DNA from: Colwellia polaris
GTDB taxonomy: Archaea > Nanohalarchaeota > Nanosalinia > Nanosalinales > Nanosalinaceae
NCBI GenBank assembly: GCA_047617785.1
Contig: JBLGBK010000003.1
Span: 15,663-79,662 of the forward strand
Reading direction: 5' to 3'
Length of the DNA stretch: 64,000 bases
Of the stretch, positions 51,722 to 61,273 are shown in pieces. Position numbers and translations under genes: made by a program. The notes under the pieces are model-generated. The model was not told where the DNA came from and searched no databases. It saw only the letters and a program-made list of their open reading frames with translations. Position 1 is the stretch's first letter, and each line of letters opens with the position of its first letter.

Positions 51722-54412
51722 ATGCCGGAGATAGATTTCCATCCTGAAAGTGAGGCCTCAGACACGCTTCCTGAAGACTTCCAGCCCTACGTTAAGGACT
51801 GGTTTAACTCCAAGTTCGAGTCATTGAGCCCTCCGCAGAAACACTCGTTCCAGCTAATACATGAGGAACAGAACTCTCTCATCTGCGCACCAACAGGTTC
51901 CGGTAAAACGCTGTCCGCATTTCTCTCCGGATTAAACGAACTATTCCGACTCGGTGAAAAAGACGAGCTAGAGGATCAGATCTATATGGTCTACGTTTCA
52001 CCTCTTAGAGCACTGAACAATGATATTAAGAGAAACTTAGAAGACCCGCTTAACGAAATCCGAGAAAAAGCGGAGGAACACGGCCACGAGGTACCGGAAG
52101 TCCGATCAGCTGTAAGAACAGGAGATACTACTGATGCAGAGAAATCAAAAATGCTTGAAACGCCGCCACACATACTGATAACAACGCCAGAATCTTTGGG
52201 GATACTTCTCAACTCGCCAAAGTTCCAAGATCATCTGAAAAATGTTGAATATACTATTGTGGACGAAATCCACAGTCTATCAGAGAACAAGAGAGGAGTA
52301 CATCTATCTCTCTCACTTGAACGACTTCAGGAAATGGCTAATACCACGCCGACGAGGATAGGTTTATCGGCTACGCAGGCACCGATAAAGGAGATTGCCA
52401 AGTATCTTGTAGGCTTCAAGCCGAAGAAAAGAGATAGCTACATGAAGGAAACAGAGTACGATGATATACCTGCAGATGAAGAGATGCTGGATGCTGAAAA
52501 CTTTGAATCGCGCGGATGCCAGATCGTAGACGTCGCAGCGTCAAAGGAGATCGATCTAGAAACAATTTCTCCGGTCAGAGATCTAATACACACAGATCCG
52601 GGTGAAATACGCGAGGCGATGTACGACCAAATACATAATCTGGTCGAAGAACATGAATCTACTATAATATTTACCAATACTAGAAGCGCAACGGAACGAG
52701 TAGTCAACAATCTGAAAGAGCGCTTTCCTGATTATTACGACGATAATATTGGCGCGCATCACTCCTCTATGAGCCGTGAAAAACGCTTGGAAGTCGAGGA
52801 AAGATTGAAGAAGGGAGAAATGGAGGTAGGAGTTACATCTACCTCTCTAGAGCTCGGAGTTGATATTGGAACAGTTGACCTTGTGCTGCAGATCGGATCT
52901 CCAAAAGGTGTTGCACGTGGAATCCAGAGAATCGGCCGCTCAGGACACAAAATCGGTGAGAAAGCAAAAGGAAAAATGATCGTGACGGATAGAGATGAGG
53001 CAGTTGAATGCTCTGTGCTTACAAAATGTGCTAAAGAGGATGACCTGGATAAAATACAGATTCCAAGAAACGCTCTGGATGTACTGGCACAACATGTGGT
53101 TGGAATGGCATGTAATCATAGGTGGGATATCAACCGCGCATTCAACACGGTAAAACAGAGCTATTGCTATCGTCACCTCAGTGAAGATGACTGGGATAAT
53201 GTTCTCAAGTACCTTTCTGGAGAATACGAATTGGAAGACCAGAATGTTTACAGTAAGATCTGGATTAACCGTGATAAAGAGCTATTCGGACGCTCGGGAA
53301 AGATGACGCGCGTAATATATATGACCAACATAGGGACAATACCAGATGAATCTGGTTACGATGTGAAGACGCGTGGAGAAGGAAACTATGTTGGAACTCT
53401 AGATGAAGAGTTCCTTGACCGGTTAACGAAAGGCGATATATTTACTTTAGGTGGTTCAACCTATCAATTCTCCTACGCAAAGGGTATGAAGGTTTTTGTT
53501 GATCCTAAGCCTCAGAGCAAGCCAACTGTGCCTTCTTGGTACTCTGAACGTCTTCCTTTGAGCTATGATCTTGGTATGAAGATAGGAAGATTCCGGGCAA
53601 GGATTGCAGAACAGCTTGAATATGGGGCGGGAGATGATGATATCATTCAGTGGATTATGCATAACTACTATCTGGATGAGAACACGGCTAACTCGATTTT
53701 CCAGTATGTGAAGGAGCAGTATCAGTTCACGGGCCAAGTATCTTCCAACGAAGATATTGTGGTTGAGAAATACATAGATGATGATAACCGTCAGAATCTT
53801 ATCTTTCAGACAACTTACGGTAGAAGAACTCACGACGCACTGGCGCGTATAATGGCCAACGTCCTACAAGACAAGTTCAATACCAATATCGGAATGGTTA
53901 TTGATGATAACGGTTTCATCCTGCTGACGCCGCGTAGACCTGTTGATCTTGACTGGATAATGGAACAGCTCAAGGAATGCAATCCTGAGGAGGAATTACG
54001 TGATGCAGTGTCTAAGACAGAATTGATGAAGCGTCGTTTCCGGCACGTTGCGGGTCGTAGCCTGATGATTCTCAGAAACTATCAGGGAAATTCCAAGACG
54101 GTAGGGCAGCAGCAGATGAAAGGACATTTCCTGCTTTCAACAGTAAGAAACCGTTATGATGAGGACTTTCCTATGGTAAAGGAGACTTACAGAGAGATTA
54201 TGGAGGATGCTATGGATATTAAGCATACCTTGGAAGTGATTGACGGTCTTCGTGATGGAGATATCGATTACAGTATGTATGATGCAAACATTCCATCTCC
54301 TTTCAGCCATAACCTGCTTCTGCAGAACAGTACGGATGTTGTGAAGATGGAGGATAGGAAGAAGCGTTTGAAGGACCTGCATCAGAAGGTCATGGAGAGG
54401 ATCGAAGATTAA
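51722..54412 (+). CDS. lhr: Lhr-like large DEAD/DEAH-box helicase
   Basis: CAPTGSGKT, VDEIHSL, GLSATQ, IGRSGH. 896 aa with a long Lhr-type C-terminal extension. Confidence 0.9.
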   Translation: MPEIDFHPESEASDTLPEDFQPYVKDWFNSKFESLSPPQKHSFQLIHEEQNSLICAPTGSGKTLSAFLSGLNELFRLGEKDELEDQIYMVYVSPLRALNNDIKRNLEDPLNEIREKAEEHGHEVPEVRSAVRTGDTTDAEKSKMLETPPHILITTPESLGILLNSPKFQDHLKNVEYTIVDEIHSLSENKRGVHLSLSLERLQEMANTTPTRIGLSATQAPIKEIAKYLVGFKPKKRDSYMKETEYDDIPADEEMLDAENFESRGCQIVDVAASKEIDLETISPVRDLIHTDPGEIREAMYDQIHNLVEEHESTIIFTNTRSATERVVNNLKERFPDYYDDNIGAHHSSMSREKRLEVEERLKKGEMEVGVTSTSLELGVDIGTVDLVLQIGSPKGVARGIQRIGRSGHKIGEKAKGKMIVTDRDEAVECSVLTKCAKEDDLDKIQIPRNALDVLAQHVVGMACNHRWDINRAFNTVKQSYCYRHLSEDDWDNVLKYLSGEYELEDQNVYSKIWINRDKELFGRSGKMTRVIYMTNIGTIPDESGYDVKTRGEGNYVGTLDEEFLDRLTKGDIFTLGGSTYQFSYAKGMKVFVDPKPQSKPTVPSWYSERLPLSYDLGMKIGRFRARIAEQLEYGAGDDDIIQWIMHNYYLDENTANSIFQYVKEQYQFTGQVSSNEDIVVEKYIDDDNRQNLIFQTTYGRRTHDALARIMANVLQDKFNTNIGMVIDDNGFILLTPRRPVDLDWIMEQLKECNPEEELRDAVSKTELMKRRFRHVAGRSLMILRNYQGNSKTVGQQQMKGHFLLSTVRNRYDEDFPMVKETYREIMEDAMDIKHTLEVIDGLRDGDIDYSMYDANIPSPFSHNLLLQNSTDVVKMEDRKKRLKDLHQKVMERIED

Positions 54413-54459
54413 AGAAACTCCATCTCGCTATTATTAATTCAGAGGGCATTGAAAGATAA

Positions 54460-56046
54460 ATGATACAGCAACTTGGGAACTACTTTCTGCAGCCGATGAA
54501 TCTGGCAGTTCTATCAGTTTTGGTTGTAGTTATTCTGCTGTATCTTCTGAAACCGAAGCCAGAGAAGAAAGTTATGCCATCAATAATGTTTTTTCAGGAA
54601 GATGAGAATCCTGGTAAATTGCGGCAGGGCTTAAGGAAAATTCTACAGAACAAGTTTCTATTTCTTCACCTGCTGATTGTATCGCTTCTTGCAGTATCTC
54701 TTGCTGATCCTTACATAAATCAGGAAACAGAAACAGAAGAAGTAACGATTTATCTAGATTCTACAGCTAACACTGCAGCAAACTTCCAAGATGTGAAAGA
54801 CTATGCTTCTCAACATCTATCTGAACGTAACAATCTGGTTATTGCAGGAGCTCAGACTGAAGTTTACACGGATATTTCGGCTTCAGAGGCACGTCAACAA
54901 ATACGAAACACGGCCTCTACTGAGGTTTATCCAAGTTCTGAAAACAGCTTGGAATCTGCTTCATCGCTTGAAGGCCGACTTTACATAGCCAGCAACCTAG
55001 CGGATTTAACGGATACAAAGGCGCAGCAGCTAATTGATACTTACAGCGATAGAAGATCAGTAGATATCTATGAAACAGATTTTGAGAATAACTGGGGTAT
55101 AACTGATTACAGGTTAGAAGGCGAGCAGATAGAACTTTACGTGAAGAACTACGGTGGTCAAGAAATTATTGGGTTGAATATTAATGATGAAGAAGTTCAA
55201 GAGTTCGAAGCTTCGGAAGGAGAGCTTACGACTATCCGGACCGAGATAAAGCCCGGTAGAAACAACATATCTCTTTCTCAAGATGGTTTCAGCAGTGATA
55301 ACAGTATTTATTTGAGGAATCCGTCCTCATCTCACATAGAGGTCGAGATTGAGGGGGAACATCCCTATATGAATGAAGTTATCAACGTTCTTCCGAATGC
55401 TGATATAGGTAGCGAAGATCCTGATATCAAGATTGCCTCTTCCATAGATCGGCAAGATGTTGAAAAAGTTGAAAACGGCCTCACACTCATTTATATGGCA
55501 GAAGAATCTACATCTAGCTCTCAACTTCCTGTAAAAATCTCTCAAAAGAGTGAAGGCGATATAAGAATAAATCAGCCTATAAGAGATAGAGTGTATAACG
55601 CACACTATCTGCAAGGCAGTCTTGAACCAGGGGCAAAAAACCTGACGACCCCGGACTCCGCTATAGTGAAAATCGAGCGTGGCGAAGGCACTATAATCCA
55701 GTATAACATTCTTGATAACTCGTTCTCACGTAGTATTGTATTCCCGATTTTCTGGCAGCAAGTATTCCAGAACACAACTGAAAAATTAAGCATAGAAGAA
55801 GCTAACAAATTGACCGGTCAGAGAGCAGAAGGGCGCTTACTAACCTCTCAGGGATATAGCGATGTCAACGGCAAAACCTATGCAGTATCTACAACCGGAT
55901 CTTTCTCTCCTAAAAACCTTGAAACAAAAGACCAAAATACAGGAACAACTACTGAAAAGAAGTCAATTTCCTCAGCTCTTAACATAGGGATAGTTTTACT
56001 GCTATTAATAGAGTCAGTACTTCTTTACAGAGAGAGGGTGATATAG
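54460..56046 (+). CDS. BatA-N (double-TM N-terminal) domain membrane protein with C-terminal TM anchor
   Basis: NYFLQPMNLAVLSVLVVVILLYLLKPKP...FLFLHLLIVSLLAVSLADPY. The C-terminal TM is ALNIGIVLLLLIESVLLY. Confidence 0.55.
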   Translation: MIQQLGNYFLQPMNLAVLSVLVVVILLYLLKPKPEKKVMPSIMFFQEDENPGKLRQGLRKILQNKFLFLHLLIVSLLAVSLADPYINQETETEEVTIYLDSTANTAANFQDVKDYASQHLSERNNLVIAGAQTEVYTDISASEARQQIRNTASTEVYPSSENSLESASSLEGRLYIASNLADLTDTKAQQLIDTYSDRRSVDIYETDFENNWGITDYRLEGEQIELYVKNYGGQEIIGLNINDEEVQEFEASEGELTTIRTEIKPGRNNISLSQDGFSSDNSIYLRNPSSSHIEVEIEGEHPYMNEVINVLPNADIGSEDPDIKIASSIDRQDVEKVENGLTLIYMAEESTSSSQLPVKISQKSEGDIRINQPIRDRVYNAHYLQGSLEPGAKNLTTPDSAIVKIERGEGTIIQYNILDNSFSRSIVFPIFWQQVFQNTTEKLSIEEANKLTGQRAEGRLLTSQGYSDVNGKTYAVSTTGSFSPKNLETKDQNTGTTTEKKSISSALNIGIVLLLLIESVLLYRERVI

Positions 56047-56047
56047 A

Positions 56048-58198
56048 GTGATAGCTTTTGAACAACCATACGCTCTGCTACTCTTAATGCCTTTAATGGC
56101 AGGGGTTTACAAATTTTATGCTTCTGAGAAAGATTTTACATTACTTCACATATCCAGAGCATTGATTGCCGTCCTTGCAGTAGCGCTATTAGCTCAGCCG
56201 ATGATAGCTTCTTCTTACATGACTGATCAACAGTCCATAACGTTATTGAAAGATGATTCTGCCTCAACAGAGATAATAGACTACCAGAAACCTGAAAGTT
56301 CACAAGTTAGCATTAGAGAACAAACTGTAGATGCTGGAAACCCTGATGAAACCACTTCGTCTATTCTTAATCATATTCAAGAGGATAGGACCTATCTTAT
56401 ATCCTCTGATCTTAGAATCGATCAGCAAAGGCTTGAAGATGGTGTAAATGAGAGAAACGCCACTCTTCATCTGGTAAAATACTCTGAAAAGGATGAAATA
56501 TCTGTAAGTATTAAAGGGCCTGAAGAAAGCTATATATCCGCTGAGAACAGCTTTGCCGTCCAGGTAAGCTCGACAGCAGAGAAACATCCTGTTCCAGAAG
56601 TAAGAGTGGAAGGAGAGGAAGTAGAGTTGGAAGAGACTGAAGAAAATACCTATACCTTCGGCTATAGCTTTGACGATGAAGGAAGAAAAAAGATTTCGGC
56701 ATCAATAAACTCAGAGGACAAGTTCTCGGAGAATAATAAATACTATCATGTTGTAGATGTTCAGGAGAAACCTGATATTCTGTATGTAGAGAACAGAATA
56801 GAAGGCTCTCATAACAACTTCCTAGATACAGATTACGTTCAGGAAGTACCTGACAAAACCGAAAAATACGATACATTAGTTGTTAACCGAGAATCAGCTT
56901 CAGATCTGGAAAGCAGTGTTATACAGGGACAGAATGTTCTCTACACCGGCCCTGCAGTTGAAAGCAACTATCTCCCAGTAGAACCATCTCAAAAATCTTC
57001 TCAAGACAGTGAAACATTTGAAAGCGCTCGGGTAGCTATAGTAATCGATATCTCCGTAAGTAATACGCAGGAAATACGCAACAACAAGGCTATCGCTCTC
57101 AACACTATTGATGGTCTTCCTTCATCCTCGCGGGTTGCAATAGTAGCGTACAACGATGAACCGTACCTATTATCTGAACTAACATCTCTACAAAACAATA
57201 GGGGCTCACTGAAGAATACAGTGAAATCTATAGAAACTAAAGGACCAACAGATCACGCAGTAGGCTTGAATGCAGGTAGGAAAGCGCTAAGCGATGAAGG
57301 AAATATTGTCATGATTACTGATGGAGGGCTGAAAACCGATGCACCGGGTGTGGAGAATGTAAGGGAAAGAACTCTGAGAGCAGCAGCTAACACATCTACG
57401 ACAGTTAATGTCGTTGATACCCAACCGCAGCTGAATCCTGATTTCCTGAAACAGATTTCACGCCTTTCCGATGGTATTTACACGTCTGCAAGTTCTGAAA
57501 GTCCGCTATCATTCGTGTTTGATTCGCAAACCTCTGAGTCAGGGACGAAGGTGGCAACTATAGATGACTCACATCCTATAACCGAAAATCACGATTCAAC
57601 AGTATTTACTGAAGTAGCGCCTACGTCCTCCCAAAATGCAGCTCAAGAACTAATGGTTTCCTCGTCATCAACACCATACCTGTCAACTTGGAGATATGGA
57701 ATAGGCAAGGTGGCGACAATCACTGACAAGGATCCTTCATTAAACTCTCTAGCCTCCCAGGATCCGCAGATACTTCTAAATACATTCCAGTGGCTATCTG
57801 ACTCATCAGAAGAAGAATTTACTGTTTCTGGTGCTCGTCAACCTTTTTCAACTGAAGTACGTAGCTCAGAAAAGTTTGAAGGGGCAGAACAGCTTAACTC
57901 AGATACATTTATACGGCAGGTTAATTTCAACAGTACAGGTATAAAGCAGATTGCTGGAAGACCTGTAGCTTACAACTATCCGATTGAACTAGAGAAAGTA
58001 GGTTACAGCAATGAAATAGAAAAGGTAGTCAATAGTTCTGGAGGAGATGTTCTTCAGCAGGATTCAGGACGTATTTCGGAGATAGCTAATAAGCAATCGG
58101 CGACAGAAAGCCGTAGTATAGAAAACCCGCTTCTCATAGCTCTTGGCGTGATTTTTCTGCTTGAGATCGGTTACAGAAAGAGAAACCGGTTGATATAG
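56048..58198 (+). CDS. BatA-N domain plus von Willebrand factor A domain membrane protein, GTG start
   Basis: (M)IAFEQPYALLLLMPLMAGVYKFY... RVAIVIDISVSN (MIDAS DxSxS). TKGPTDHAVGL, IVMITDGG. The C-terminal TM is LLIALGVIFLLEIGY. It starts 2 nt after the previous stop. Confidence 0.7.
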   Translation: MIAFEQPYALLLLMPLMAGVYKFYASEKDFTLLHISRALIAVLAVALLAQPMIASSYMTDQQSITLLKDDSASTEIIDYQKPESSQVSIREQTVDAGNPDETTSSILNHIQEDRTYLISSDLRIDQQRLEDGVNERNATLHLVKYSEKDEISVSIKGPEESYISAENSFAVQVSSTAEKHPVPEVRVEGEEVELEETEENTYTFGYSFDDEGRKKISASINSEDKFSENNKYYHVVDVQEKPDILYVENRIEGSHNNFLDTDYVQEVPDKTEKYDTLVVNRESASDLESSVIQGQNVLYTGPAVESNYLPVEPSQKSSQDSETFESARVAIVIDISVSNTQEIRNNKAIALNTIDGLPSSSRVAIVAYNDEPYLLSELTSLQNNRGSLKNTVKSIETKGPTDHAVGLNAGRKALSDEGNIVMITDGGLKTDAPGVENVRERTLRAAANTSTTVNVVDTQPQLNPDFLKQISRLSDGIYTSASSESPLSFVFDSQTSESGTKVATIDDSHPITENHDSTVFTEVAPTSSQNAAQELMVSSSSTPYLSTWRYGIGKVATITDKDPSLNSLASQDPQILLNTFQWLSDSSEEEFTVSGARQPFSTEVRSSEKFEGAEQLNSDTFIRQVNFNSTGIKQIAGRPVAYNYPIELEKVGYSNEIEKVVNSSGGDVLQQDSGRISEIANKQSATESRSIENPLLIALGVIFLLEIGYRKRNRLI

Positions 58199-58283
58199 CG
58201 TTTTTCTTCGTTTTTTGGTTAACCTATAAAAGCCGGTGAAGTCAATTATTCGATAACATGCCAAAGGTGTTTCCGCAACTGCT

Positions 58284-58961
58284 ATGAGCTTTTTTGATAA
58301 TATACGAGGATCTGTAGAGAAAATAAAACCTGGTTCAGACTCGGATAGCGGAAGCTCTGGAGGATTTGAAGGCTCTGATTTCGACTCCTCTTTCGATAGT
58401 GGAGGAAATGACTCCGGTGGTTCTGCAGGATCAGATTTTGATTCAGACTTCTCATCCGGCGGTGATGGGGGTTCAGACTTCGGCTCCAATCCGTCTCAGA
58501 ATGGGCTCGGTCAAGGAGGAAATCAATCTCAGCCTTCACCTGCTCAGGAACCGCAGGCTCAAGGTCCACAACCGGGAAGTCAAAATAATAGTTTAGGTCA
58601 GAACCCACAGTCTTCCCAACAGCCAGGTCAACAGGTACGACAGCAGAACTCTAATTTAGGCAACTCTGCTCCCGGTCAATCCCGGAATCAAGCACCTCAG
58701 AACTCTGGCGGTTTAAATCAACAGCCAAACCCTGTAAATTCAGGTAATTCGGGAGGTATTGATGCTCCTAATCCCCAGGCTGGAAGGCCGCAGAGAGGAA
58801 GTGATTCTCCGCAGGTAAGTCAGCAGACCGAGCAGAAGATGCAGAATGCAGGTCTTAGTGGTGGTTCATCAGGAACCGGTTCTGGCGATATGGAAGAGTT
58901 GAAGCAGCAGAATCAGCAGATTATCCAGCTTCTTCAGCAGATTTCCAATCAGCTTCAATAA
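58284..58961 (+). CDS. intrinsically disordered protein: GSDF-type repeats, Q/N/P/G-rich centre, short Q-rich C-terminal helix
   Basis: 225 aa. GGFEGSDFDSSFDSGGNDSGGSAGSDFDSDFSSGGDGGSDFGS is followed by ~120 aa of Q/N/P/G/S. It ends MEELKQQNQQIIQLLQQISNQLQ. Confidence 0.45.
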   Translation: MSFFDNIRGSVEKIKPGSDSDSGSSGGFEGSDFDSSFDSGGNDSGGSAGSDFDSDFSSGGDGGSDFGSNPSQNGLGQGGNQSQPSPAQEPQAQGPQPGSQNNSLGQNPQSSQQPGQQVRQQNSNLGNSAPGQSRNQAPQNSGGLNQQPNPVNSGNSGGIDAPNPQAGRPQRGSDSPQVSQQTEQKMQNAGLSGGSSGTGSGDMEELKQQNQQIIQLLQQISNQLQ

Positions 58962-58974
58962 ATTTTTCTTTATT

Positions 58975-59301
58975 CTATCTGTTCATTAAACCGGATACGC
59001 TCCATATTCCTTTGAATAGCAGTATATAAGCCAAGTATATTTTGTAGTCTGCAAATATAGGTGGCTGACCGATATAGAGTATGCCGGCAGACATTATGTC
59101 GGCAGGACCTCCTAGGTAGTATACAGGTAGCGGTAGAGGTATCGGTTTCAGCATACTTCCTATTCCTTTGAATATCAGAAATGCTGCGTGAACTTCGGAG
59201 ATAACTGTGGGTATCTGTGAAACTGTTAGTAAAAGTAGTATGCCTGATAGAAGATCTGTTATTCCTAGTGGATCAGGTCTTATTAATGTGAGAAGTGGCA
59301 C
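58975..59301 (-). CDS. small membrane protein, unknown
   Basis: 108 aa with about 3 hydrophobic segments. Confidence 0.4.
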   Translation of the reverse strand: MPLLTLIRPDPLGITDLLSGILLLLTVSQIPTVISEVHAAFLIFKGIGSMLKPIPLPLPVYYLGGPADIMSAGILYIGQPPIFADYKIYLAYILLFKGIWSVSGLMNR

Positions 59302-59331
59302 GTGTAGAAAATTCTTGAGACCTTGAATTAT

Positions 59332-59796
59332 TTATTCTAGTTCCACGACTTTGTCAGCTGCATTTCTCAGTGCTGTTGAGAAACCGGGCTCCATACCCAT
59401 GATAACAGTCTCCTTGCCGTGTTCCTTGGCTTTCTGGATTACAGGTAGGAAGTCTGTATCGCGGGTTACAAGTACGATTATATCTATATCGTCGTTAAAT
59501 ACTGCTTCCATTGCGTTGACGGACATGTAGACGTCTACATCGCTTTCCTTGTCTTTTTCTCCGCCTAGTCCCAGATCGGCTTCGAAGCCTTGTGAGATAA
59601 TGGCTTCAATCAGCTTGTCGGAAGCGTACTGGTTGAGAAAAACTTTACCTATCTTTATCTCCCCAAATTCTTCTACTTCTTCACGTAGATGATCTAGATC
59701 CAGGTCAAACTCTCTTCTTACTACGTTAGGACCGTCTACAAATACTGCAACGTTCGGTTCGGTTGAAATTCCTTCTTTTAGTTTTTTGAAGACCAT
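59332..59796 (-). CDS. NYN-domain (LabA-like) protein
   Basis: VAVFVDGPNV...IIVLVTRDTDFLPVIQKAKEHGKETVIMG. Confidence 0.7.
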   Translation of the reverse strand: MVFKKLKEGISTEPNVAVFVDGPNVVRREFDLDLDHLREEVEEFGEIKIGKVFLNQYASDKLIEAIISQGFEADLGLGGEKDKESDVDVYMSVNAMEAVFNDDIDIIVLVTRDTDFLPVIQKAKEHGKETVIMGMEPGFSTALRNAADKVVELE

Positions 59797-59865
59797 ATCG
59801 AGTTATTCCCTGTTTCTCTGTGTATAATTAATTTAGGAACCTTTTTGAAATAAATAGCCCCCTGC

Positions 59866-60615
59866 CTAGTCTATATTGAAGAAATCTTCAGCATTCATGG
59901 TAGTCCTTTCAACTACCTTTGACTGGTCTAATTCCTTTATATCTGCTATTTTGCCTGCAACCTCTCTTACGGTCAAAGGAGTATTCCTCTCACCTTTCTT
60001 CAGGAACGGCGAATCAGTTTCCAGAAGAAGATTCTCAAGAGGTATATTTTCAGCTAACTCCTGAACGCGGTTCGAGTAAAGCACCTGATAAGTTACTCCA
60101 ATAAACATATCCTCATCAAGAGCACGCTCTAACTGGCTTATATTGCCGTTGAAACAGTGAAGATAAGCATCAGCCTCCTTTTCCTCCAGTATATCAATCA
60201 CTTGTTTCTCAGCGTTCCGGCTATGTACAACAACAGGAAGATCCTGTTCTTCTGCAAGTTCAACCATTTCAACGAAAACCTCATGCTGCTTTTCACGCAA
60301 TTCTTCTTCCTCAACATGGTGGAAGTCCATGCCTATTTCTCCCACAGCATGGAAATTATTCTCCTCAACCTGGCGCTTTACCTCCTTCAACTTGTCAAAA
60401 CTATCAGTATGTGTCGGATGAATGCCGGCAGTAGCGTAAACAAAATCAGGGTGTTCCTCTTGGAGATTTAGTGAGTCTTGATTGCTTTCAGGTTCTCTGC
60501 CCGAATTAACTATAAAATCAAGTTTTTCCTGGCATTTCTGAATAACTTCTTCTCTATCATCGTCGAACTTATCGAAGTCTAGGTGGCAATGTGCGTCAAC
60601 AGGTTTATGGCTCAT
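59866..60615 (-). CDS. tatD: TatD-family metal-dependent hydrolase/DNase
   Basis: VDAHCHLDF, EIGMDFH, VVHSR, LLETDSPF. Confidence 0.9.
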   Translation of the reverse strand: MSHKPVDAHCHLDFDKFDDDREEVIQKCQEKLDFIVNSGREPESNQDSLNLQEEHPDFVYATAGIHPTHTDSFDKLKEVKRQVEENNFHAVGEIGMDFHHVEEEELREKQHEVFVEMVELAEEQDLPVVVHSRNAEKQVIDILEEKEADAYLHCFNGNISQLERALDEDMFIGVTYQVLYSNRVQELAENIPLENLLLETDSPFLKKGERNTPLTVREVAGKIADIKELDQSKVVERTTMNAEDFFNID

Positions 60616-61196
60616 CTTTTCTCTCTATCAAGTCTTGCTTCGGTTGCTCCTGTCTGATCCATGTATTTGGAGTCTTTTTTCTCTCCGTAAGGGTTCTCTG
60701 CCTCACTTGTCATGGTTTCAATCGCCATTTGGCAGATACGATCCTCGGGATAGATGGTGATTGGTACGTTACCGAGGTTCTGGATTTCCAGGGTTATCTG
60801 TCCTCTGAAACCTGCGTCAACAAATCCTCCGGCGGCATGAGGGATTAGCCCCATCCGGGCGTAGCTGCTTCGACCTTCTATACGTGCTACAAGGTCATTA
60901 GGTATATTTACGGTTTCCAGTGTGGTGCCAAGAACGAATTCGCCGGGATGAACGACTATCCCTTCTTCCGGTGTTGCTTTCATGTTCTCCTGGAGATCGG
61001 AGTAGTTCTCCATCTTTTTAGTGTCCAGAGCTTGGACTTTACGGGTTCTGAGTAAGCCGAACTCGTATCCTAGCCGTAGATCAATAGAGGACGGTCCTAT
61101 CTGTAGTTCTTTGTTCACTTCAGGGCCGCCGTCTACATAAACTGCGTTTTCTTCTTCGATTATTTTTTTGATATCTTTGTCAGACAGTATAGTCAT
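60612..61196 (-). CDS. dcd: dCTP deaminase family protein
   Basis: MTILSDKDI, PSSIDLRLG, and a GFVDAGFRGQITLEI-type motif. The stop overlaps the tatD start. Confidence 0.9.
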   Translation of the reverse strand: MTILSDKDIKKIIEEENAVYVDGGPEVNKELQIGPSSIDLRLGYEFGLLRTRKVQALDTKKMENYSDLQENMKATPEEGIVVHPGEFVLGTTLETVNIPNDLVARIEGRSSYARMGLIPHAAGGFVDAGFRGQITLEIQNLGNVPITIYPEDRICQMAIETMTSEAENPYGEKKDSKYMDQTGATEARLDREKR

Positions 61197-61273
61197 ATAC
61201 TACGGTTTAACTATGCAATAGTTTTTAATCTTCATCTCCGCATTCTTCATCAGTTGAGGAAACTGCCAACACC

